A stretch of DNA of 64,000 nt from Longimicrobiales bacterium (GTDB taxonomy: Bacteria > Gemmatimonadota > Gemmatimonadetes > Longimicrobiales > Gaopeijiaceae): positions 1,056,001-1,120,000 of the forward strand of contig OZ241892.1 of NCBI GenBank assembly GCA_965203485.1, written 5' to 3'. This document shows, piece by piece, positions 54,318 through 64,000 of this stretch (the stretch's first letter is position 1; each line of letters opens with the position of its first letter). The translations under genes and the position numbers were made by a program. The notes under the pieces were generated by a model. It did not search any database, was not told the DNA's origin, and was given only the letters and a program-made list of their open reading frames with translations.

Positions 54318-55699
54318 TGTTGACCCGGCTCAGGCTCAAGAACTTCAAGTCGTGGACAGACACCGGAGACGTGACGTTGCGACCGATCACGGGTCTGTTC
54401 GGAACCAACAGCTCGGGGAAGAGCGGTTTGCTTCATGCGTTGCTGTTGCTCAAGCAGACCGCCGAGTCGGCAGATCGAGGACTCGTCTTTCACTTCGGAG
54501 ACAAGGTCACTCCCGTGGATCTGGGTGACTTTGGAAGTGTATTGCATGGTGCCGCGGGAGCGGAGGAGCTCGAAGTGTCGCTGGATTGGAAACGGCGGAC
54601 ATCTATCGGAGTACGGGACAGCAAGCATGAAAACCGCGTCGTGGCGGAAAGTTGCAGGCTAGGGTTTTCGGCGATCGTCGGTCAGGCGAGGGCGAACGGA
54701 CCAACGCGGCCGGTAGTTCGTGAAATGTCCTACCGAGTTGGGGATGCACGTTTTGGGATGCGTCGCAAGGCTGTTTCCAAAGACGAATACGAACTCTTTG
54801 CGAACGCGGCGGGGCCGAAGGACTTTCGGTTTGTTCACAGCATGGGTCGCAAGTGGCCGTTGCCGGCTCCGGAGAAGTGCTACGGATTTCCGGACCAGAC
54901 TCGCGCCTACTTTCAGAATGCGGGCTTTCTGGCGGATTTGGTGCTGGCCTTCGAAAAACGCTTGAACGAGGTGGCGTACCTTGGGCCGCTTAGGGCCTAC
55001 CCAGAACGGCGGTACGCTTGGACGGGCGCCCGTCCTTCCGACATGGGACGAGCGGGAGAGGCCGTGGTGGACGCCATTTTGGCGGCCCGGGAACGCGATC
55101 AAAGGATATCCCCGGGCTTTCGTAAAAGGCGCCTCAGCCTGGAGCAATACGTGGCGAAGTGGCTCGAGGAGCTGGGACTCATTCGCGACTTTCGGGTCGC
55201 GTCCGTGAGCGAGGGAAGCCAACTCTACGAAGTGAGAGTTAGGCGAACGAGCCGGTCGCCGGAGGTGTTGCTGACCGACGTCGGTTTTGGCGTATCTCAG
55301 ATCCTGCCGGTCTTGGTTTTATGCTTGTTCGTTCCCGACGGTTCGACGGTCCTTCTTGAGCAACCGGAGATTCATCTTCATCCGTCGGTTCAAGCCGGGC
55401 TTGCGGACGTCATGATCGACGCATGGAAGAACCGGGGGGTCCAGGTGATCGTCGAGAGTCACAGCGAGCACCTGCTTCGCCGGTTGCAACGGCGAATTGC
55501 CGAGGAAAAGGTCGGCCCCGACGACGTGGGGCTCTACTTCTGCGACTTGGGAGCGAGGCGGTCCAAACTCGAGAGATTGAACATCAACGTGTTCGGCAAC
55601 ATCACGAACTGGCCGGACAACTTCTTCGGTGACGAATTCGGGGAGATTGCCGCTACGACGAGAGCGGCGCAGAGGCGCCGTCAGGCGGCCAGCCGGTGA
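54314..55699 (+). CDS. AAA_15/AAA_21 ABC-type ATPase with C-terminal DUF3696-like domain
   Basis: LRLKNFKS, GTNSSGKS, DVGFGVSQILPVL, LLEQPEIHLHP, VESHSEHLLRRL, GNITNWPDNFFG. Confidence 0.88.
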   Translation: MMLTRLRLKNFKSWTDTGDVTLRPITGLFGTNSSGKSGLLHALLLLKQTAESADRGLVFHFGDKVTPVDLGDFGSVLHGAAGAEELEVSLDWKRRTSIGVRDSKHENRVVAESCRLGFSAIVGQARANGPTRPVVREMSYRVGDARFGMRRKAVSKDEYELFANAAGPKDFRFVHSMGRKWPLPAPEKCYGFPDQTRAYFQNAGFLADLVLAFEKRLNEVAYLGPLRAYPERRYAWTGARPSDMGRAGEAVVDAILAARERDQRISPGFRKRRLSLEQYVAKWLEELGLIRDFRVASVSEGSQLYEVRVRRTSRSPEVLLTDVGFGVSQILPVLVLCLFVPDGSTVLLEQPEIHLHPSVQAGLADVMIDAWKNRGVQVIVESHSEHLLRRLQRRIAEEKVGPDDVGLYFCDLGARRSKLERLNINVFGNITNWPDNFFGDEFGEIAATTRAAQRRRQAASR

Positions 55700-56175
55700 G
55701 GACGCCCGTCGTGATGGACAGCAACGTGGCTTTTGTCGGTAGCGGGGAAGCAGAACAGGCGGAACCGGCATGCGTCTTAGCGTGCGTTGATAGGATGGCG
55801 GAGATCAAGACGGACGGAAGACTGGTGCTTGACGATGGAAACCGCATTCTGAGGGAATACCCGGAGCCGACCGGGCAACTCAAGGCCGGTCACGCGTTCG
55901 CGAAATGGGCGTGGACGAATCACCGCAACCCCGAAAGGTGCACTTTGGTCTCGATTCAATCCGACGACGAGCGCGGCTTTGCCGAATTCCCGGACGACGA
56001 CGACCTCGCCGGCTTCGACCGCGACGACCGTAAGTTTGTCGCGGTGGCGCTCGCCAGCGGGGAATCGCCGCCGATACTCAACGCGTCGGACACGGACTGG
56101 CGGGAGCATCGCCACGCGTTGTCGCGGCACGGCGTTATCGTGGAGTTCGTGTGCCCTGAACTGATGAAGGGATAG
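55696..56175 (+). CDS. putative PIN-like domain nuclease
   Basis: N-terminal VVMDSNV, ILREY, DRDDRKFVAVA, ILNASDTDW: acidic pattern typical of PIN folds; GTGA overlap with the ATPase stop. Confidence 0.65.
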   Translation: MRTPVVMDSNVAFVGSGEAEQAEPACVLACVDRMAEIKTDGRLVLDDGNRILREYPEPTGQLKAGHAFAKWAWTNHRNPERCTLVSIQSDDERGFAEFPDDDDLAGFDRDDRKFVAVALASGESPPILNASDTDWREHRHALSRHGVIVEFVCPELMKG

Positions 56176-56180
56176 CGGGA

Positions 56181-59525
<3,345 letters not shown>

Positions 59526-59650
59526 GGGGACGGCATGGCACGATCGAGATTTCCGCGCGGTGGCTTGTCGGCCTTTGCAAGGGGCCTGGGCTCGCTACTC
59601 GACCTGGAGATCGCGGGCCACGACCTGATCAACGCTCGTGATCGGAGCGC

Positions 59651-62600
59651 TTACGGCGGGCTGACGTCGAGCACGACCACGCGAATGAACCGTTGTTGCT
59701 CCTCCGAGAGCTGTCGGCGAAGACTCTCCTCCAGTTGCTCGGGGGACTTCGGGCGGCGGCCGCTCGGGGGCACCATGCAGTCCACGCCGAACCAGAGAAC
59801 TAGGTAGATGCCGTGCCCCTCACATGCAGGATCACAGACATACTGTTTGATCAACTGGTTGCCTACCGCGCTCCAAAGTTCGCGATGGTTGCTCTTCTTG
59901 ACCTCGATGGGAAGCGCAGGGCCGCCCGAAACCGATGCACGGATGTCGGCTCGCTTGTCCGCGGCGTAGTGCGGTTCGGGTTGAACGTCGATGTTCAGGC
60001 TTTCTAAGCGCGGCCGCAACGCCAAGAGCAACGCGTCGCGGCAAGAGTTTTCAGGCTTTGGCTCGACCGGGCGGCCATGTCCGTCTTCGTTCCAGAAAAG
60101 TCGCCAGCCGTCGGCGTTGCCGCCGCGGATATCTTCCGTGAGGCGCCGGAGTTGTTCCACGACGACCTCGGCCAGGTCGCTGGCGTTGGCCGGGGGGCCG
60201 CCGCTCAGGACGTTGACGATTTCGCGGAGAGAAGGAAGGCGACGGGTCGTCTCCCGGCGAAGTTCCGTCTGCTCCTCGCACGCCTGGTCCAGCTCGTCGC
60301 GCCAGGACGCCAGCGTCGGGTCTTCGGCCAACAGCCGCAACGCCCGGCTGGCCGACCGCCCGCGTGCGCGCGCTCGTTCGCCTTCGCCGGAGCGCCCAGC
60401 GACGCTCGGTTCGCTGGACAGGTACCGGATGCAACGTCCGACGAGTTTGCTTACTCTCTTGTGGACTTCCTCTTCCTCGGAGACAATGAAGGCACGGCCA
60501 GCTTCGCTCTCGGCAAGCGAGCGTCTGCTCATCCAGCCGGGTGCGTAGCGCCTGCCAAACCATTGCAGGAGCAAGAACACGCCTCCCGGGCCGGCGTCCG
60601 ACGGTGAGAACTGCGCTTGACCGTTTCCGCTCGCCCAGGCGCTTGCCAACTGGCTGACGGTGACATCGCGCTTGTCGGCGAGAAAATGCAGAGCGCGACC
60701 GACGAAGCGGCGTGGCCATGTCCGAAGCGCGATGCCCAGCCAAACGGCCCGCTGGGCAGTGTCCATGCTGCCGAACCTCAACTTGCGCTCCACGAGCGCT
60801 CGCAACTCGTCTCTTGGGAGGTTGTGCAAGGCGAATTCAAGTATATGCTGAAGCTTGGCCAAGTGCCGCTTTGTTCCGCGTACGGGAAACGCGTTCAGCA
60901 ACTTCGGGACGACCTCGTTGAGCATATCCGCGTTCAGCGAGCGCAGGTGATGTTCTTCGTAGTCGCACCGCCCTCGGATCTGCGCCTTCATGACTTTGAC
61001 GAGCACCTCGGCCACGAGTTTGGGCTTGGCATCGAGCAGGACGCCAACCCAGTGCGGGAGGTGCTTGTCCATCACGACGGTCATGTAGTGCATGCCCAGC
61101 GCACTGCGAATCCGATCGTCGCTCAAGGACCCTGGAATCGCGCCTTGCCGGCGACCGAGATGATCTAGTCCGGCTAGGACAGAATACGTCACCGTGTATA
61201 CCTTGCCTTCCCGCTCAAGCTCAAGTAGCTGGGGCAAGCTGGGAATGTCGACCTTGCTCGGGATTTGGCCCAGCGCACGCAGGGCCGCTTCGACCGCTGT
61301 CGAGGCGTCGTCGTCGCCGTCGTTGGAGTCCTCGGAAAGCCATTCGCGCAATCGCTCGACGGGTTCAAGCGACCGCTCCATCGGATTCATGCCCAGGTAG
61401 GCGAGAGCCAGCTCGTAGAGAAGCGTCGGAGAGGCGTCGCCCGACAACAGAAGACTCCGCCGTTGCCGGACGGCCTCGTTAACGCGCTCAAGGTACGGGG
61501 CCTGACGCGTGGCGTGGGCTTGCCGCCTCTCTTCTTCGCGCTCGGCCAGCTGATCCAGGTATTCGATGAGTTCGGGCGCGTCCTGGAGCTGGGCCGATGC
61601 CCAAGCACGCCAATCTTTGGACAACGCATCCGTGAAGGTGGACCCCTTCGGCGGCCGCAGATGGACGCTGCGTTTCGCCACGGCCAAGTCGACGTACCGG
61701 CGTGCATCGGCAGGCTCTGTGGCAACCACGGCGCCGGCTTCGCCGAAGCACATCGTTGCGGCTTGGTGGGGTGAAAGACCCAACAACAGAAGACCACTCA
61801 TGCGAAATTGGCGATCGTGATCACCCAAGCGGATGTCTTCAGACTGCGTGTCGTCCCATAGGCGCCCCTCGCGCCTTATGTGTTCTCGCAACAGGGCTAG
61901 GCGGATGTCGGGATGCCTTGCAAGCCATGGTTCCACTGGGCTTGCGGCGGCTTGGATGTGTATGGGCTTCGGGTGCACCGACAGCCAGTCGTACAGCCTG
62001 CGGGTGTCAATCGTCTCGCCGTGCTGTCGGAGGCCCCGGTCCAGCAGTTTCACGAACGCCTCTTCCAATATCCCCCCAAACAGTTCCGGATAGTCGGCGT
62101 CGGCTTGATCTCGGTCGAATGCGCACAGCGCGTCGAGAACGTCGGAAACGCTCGAGGCCTCGGTCTTCTCCGCCAACGTGCGCGACAGGTGCCACCTGAG
62201 GATCGGTTGGATGGCCCGAGGCAGCAAGGGCGGTATCTCCGACGGCTCGAGGTGGCGGGGATAGAGTCCTTCGACGAGTCGGCCCCGCAACTCCTGATTC
62301 AAGTCCTTGACGCGTCCGGTGCTCAAGTCCTCCAACATGCTCCTCAAAAGTCCGATGCCCTCGTCGTCTTGCTCTGCGATCTTCATTGCGGCGGCAAGTG
62401 CCTGCTTCCTGGCCGCAAACATCCAGCGGTCGTCTCTGGCCACGGCCACCACTTCGCGAACCGAAGGAGCGCCGTGCGTCGATGGCTCGGACGCTAGGAT
62501 TTCGAACAGGAACTCGACGACGGACTGCGGCTGGGTCTCAGGGTCGTTCTCGGCGATGCAGCTTCGGAGGAACTCCATCGTTTCTCGGCCCGCCAACGCC

Positions 62601-63964
62601 GCACAGACGGCCGGGCTCGCATGGCGGAGCATGAAGCCACGATGCCGCGGAAGTTGCGCGAGCGCCCGGACGAGATGCCGCTTTTGGTTCGGAGGGAAAA
62701 CGCTTGGGTCGCCGGACGTGAGGACATCGAAAGGCGCTTGTTCCACCAAGCGAAGGCGCGCGTCGGAGTTGAGTGTCGCGAGCCAAGCCGCCAGTCCTCG
62801 GAGACTGGGAGCGACGGTGCCGTCGGCGCCCGCAAGAAGGGCCAGCACTCGGCTTGCCGGAACGCCTTCCTCGATCTGCCCGTGAAGGTGCTTCGCCGCC
62901 AAGTGCTCGGCCACGTTGCGATGAGCCGGAACAAGGGCTCCGGGGGTGTCGACGGACGAGAACAGTCTCGTGTCCAGGGCGGCCCTCAACACGTTTATGC
63001 CTCCAGCTGGCCGCGCTTTGGCAGGAAGCTCTTCAAGCATGAGCGACAAGTCGGCTTCGGAGTCAGCATGGCCTGTGCCGGTTGGCTCGATGTGCTCCTT
63101 TCCAGCAATCAGAGAAAAGGTTGCCAGGCAACCGGCAGCCGAGATCTTGTCGTCCACGGCGACCTCGCGTGCCACTTTGTGTTCTTGGTTGTACTCCCTA
63201 GCCAACGCGCGACAAGCCATCTCGAACGTCTCGAGCCTGCCTTCGGGCCAGCGACCGTCCGTCGCGAATGCCTTGGCCAGCAGGCGAAGCGTAAGGGGAT
63301 GATCAAGCAGTTCGGCAAGGCCGCGATCGCGGGCCTGCAACAGAAAGTCGTCGCCGACCATCCCCCCGTGCTCGGCCAGCAACTGATTGGCGTTTGCTTC
63401 CGTGAGCGGGTCCAGACGGAGCAGAAGCAAGTCCTCGTAGCCGGACAGCGACCGAAACTCTTGGTCGTCGTTGCCCGACAGCCAAGCCGCCGCTCGGCAG
63501 GATATTCTCACGCGGGGTCGGCCGAGCGTCTGCAGCTTCTCCAGGATGTCGTCGAGGGGCTTGCGCGGATCGCCGTCTCCGGCGCGCGCCTCGTCGAGTC
63601 CATCGATGAAGAGAGTTTCTTGCTTCCACTCCGGCCGATGACGAGCCTCCCGCAGAAAGCGGCGCACTGGGACGTAGACCCCTTCCAATCTTGCGGCCTG
63701 CTTGAACTCGGTGGTCTTGCCAGCCCCAGGGTCTCCGAGCAGCACGAAGGCGCGCACATGCCCGAAGGCGGAGATCGGTTGCGACATCTCTGCGCCGTCA
63801 CGAGGCGAAGCCGAGTTTCCGCCAACGGCGGCGGGGAATCGGTCGTCCGAGTTGATGGCGGTCGGCGTCGTGTCCCCGCGCCTGCTCGCGTCGATGGCGG
63901 TCGCCGCTTTGTGCTCGCCCTTGACCAGAGTGACGGTCCGAGGGACGATCAGCTCCGTCTTCAT
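59651..63964 (-). CDS. NACHT/STAND-type NTPase (~1,437 aa) with long helical region and C-terminal PD-(D/E)xK-like nuclease domain
   Basis: VLLGDPGAGKTT, LFIDGLDE, ISCR, HPLTLRLL; C-terminal KPENSCRD..KRADI..LPIEVKK..NQLIKQY..GIYLVLWFG. Confidence 0.8.
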   Translation of the reverse strand: MKTELIVPRTVTLVKGEHKAATAIDASRRGDTTPTAINSDDRFPAAVGGNSASPRDGAEMSQPISAFGHVRAFVLLGDPGAGKTTEFKQAARLEGVYVPVRRFLREARHRPEWKQETLFIDGLDEARAGDGDPRKPLDDILEKLQTLGRPRVRISCRAAAWLSGNDDQEFRSLSGYEDLLLLRLDPLTEANANQLLAEHGGMVGDDFLLQARDRGLAELLDHPLTLRLLAKAFATDGRWPEGRLETFEMACRALAREYNQEHKVAREVAVDDKISAAGCLATFSLIAGKEHIEPTGTGHADSEADLSLMLEELPAKARPAGGINVLRAALDTRLFSSVDTPGALVPAHRNVAEHLAAKHLHGQIEEGVPASRVLALLAGADGTVAPSLRGLAAWLATLNSDARLRLVEQAPFDVLTSGDPSVFPPNQKRHLVRALAQLPRHRGFMLRHASPAVCAALAGRETMEFLRSCIAENDPETQPQSVVEFLFEILASEPSTHGAPSVREVVAVARDDRWMFAARKQALAAAMKIAEQDDEGIGLLRSMLEDLSTGRVKDLNQELRGRLVEGLYPRHLEPSEIPPLLPRAIQPILRWHLSRTLAEKTEASSVSDVLDALCAFDRDQADADYPELFGGILEEAFVKLLDRGLRQHGETIDTRRLYDWLSVHPKPIHIQAAASPVEPWLARHPDIRLALLREHIRREGRLWDDTQSEDIRLGDHDRQFRMSGLLLLGLSPHQAATMCFGEAGAVVATEPADARRYVDLAVAKRSVHLRPPKGSTFTDALSKDWRAWASAQLQDAPELIEYLDQLAEREEERRQAHATRQAPYLERVNEAVRQRRSLLLSGDASPTLLYELALAYLGMNPMERSLEPVERLREWLSEDSNDGDDDASTAVEAALRALGQIPSKVDIPSLPQLLELEREGKVYTVTYSVLAGLDHLGRRQGAIPGSLSDDRIRSALGMHYMTVVMDKHLPHWVGVLLDAKPKLVAEVLVKVMKAQIRGRCDYEEHHLRSLNADMLNEVVPKLLNAFPVRGTKRHLAKLQHILEFALHNLPRDELRALVERKLRFGSMDTAQRAVWLGIALRTWPRRFVGRALHFLADKRDVTVSQLASAWASGNGQAQFSPSDAGPGGVFLLLQWFGRRYAPGWMSRRSLAESEAGRAFIVSEEEEVHKRVSKLVGRCIRYLSSEPSVAGRSGEGERARARGRSASRALRLLAEDPTLASWRDELDQACEEQTELRRETTRRLPSLREIVNVLSGGPPANASDLAEVVVEQLRRLTEDIRGGNADGWRLFWNEDGHGRPVEPKPENSCRDALLLALRPRLESLNIDVQPEPHYAADKRADIRASVSGGPALPIEVKKSNHRELWSAVGNQLIKQYVCDPACEGHGIYLVLWFGVDCMVPPSGRRPKSPEQLEESLRRQLSEEQQRFIRVVVLDVSPP

Positions 63965-64000
63965 CCTTCCTCCAGCCAGTACGCGGCGGGCTCCCACAAA

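Noticed and set aside
59535..59807. 90 aa ORF after DUF499
   Set aside because: Mostly overlaps the NACHT 3' end on the opposite strand; the first ~35 codons might be a remnant but cannot be assigned

Overview
GC-rich bacterial chromosome segment. Gene content, gene order and the giant cadherin/autotransporter-type protein suggest Gemmatimonadota, possibly host- or sponge-associated; this is inference, not a database result. About 1-41 kb is mostly core genes: ribBX-ribH-nusB-GT4-hpf-ALDH, rplU-rpmA, gamma-CA/CNNM/MoxR, a complete F1Fo atp operon plus a PHP gene, a stand-alone 23S-5S rRNA unit with no 16S or tRNA, and thiE-mltG-ruvX. A 15.3 kb gene interrupts this core. It encodes a ~5,100 aa surface protein with ~31 tandem ~120 aa beta-rich repeats, 4-5 cadherin-like repeats and an autotransporter-like barrel, and is preceded by a C15T7 tract. 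From ~40.9 kb to the end is a dense anti-phage defence island. It holds an orphan Phd antitoxin, a PHP-ATPase (TrlF/Ppl-like) gene cleanly split by an IS5-family element, and a collapsed AlbA_2 remnant. It also holds a DUF499/DUF1156/SNF2 restriction-like (BREX-related) system with an inverted helicase and two nested passengers: a GmrSD-like gene and a translationally coupled AAA_21-DUF3696 ATPase + PIN pair. Last is a NACHT/STAND NTPase with a C-terminal PD-(D/E)xK-like nuclease. All family calls come from motif recognition by eye and need HMM confirmation.
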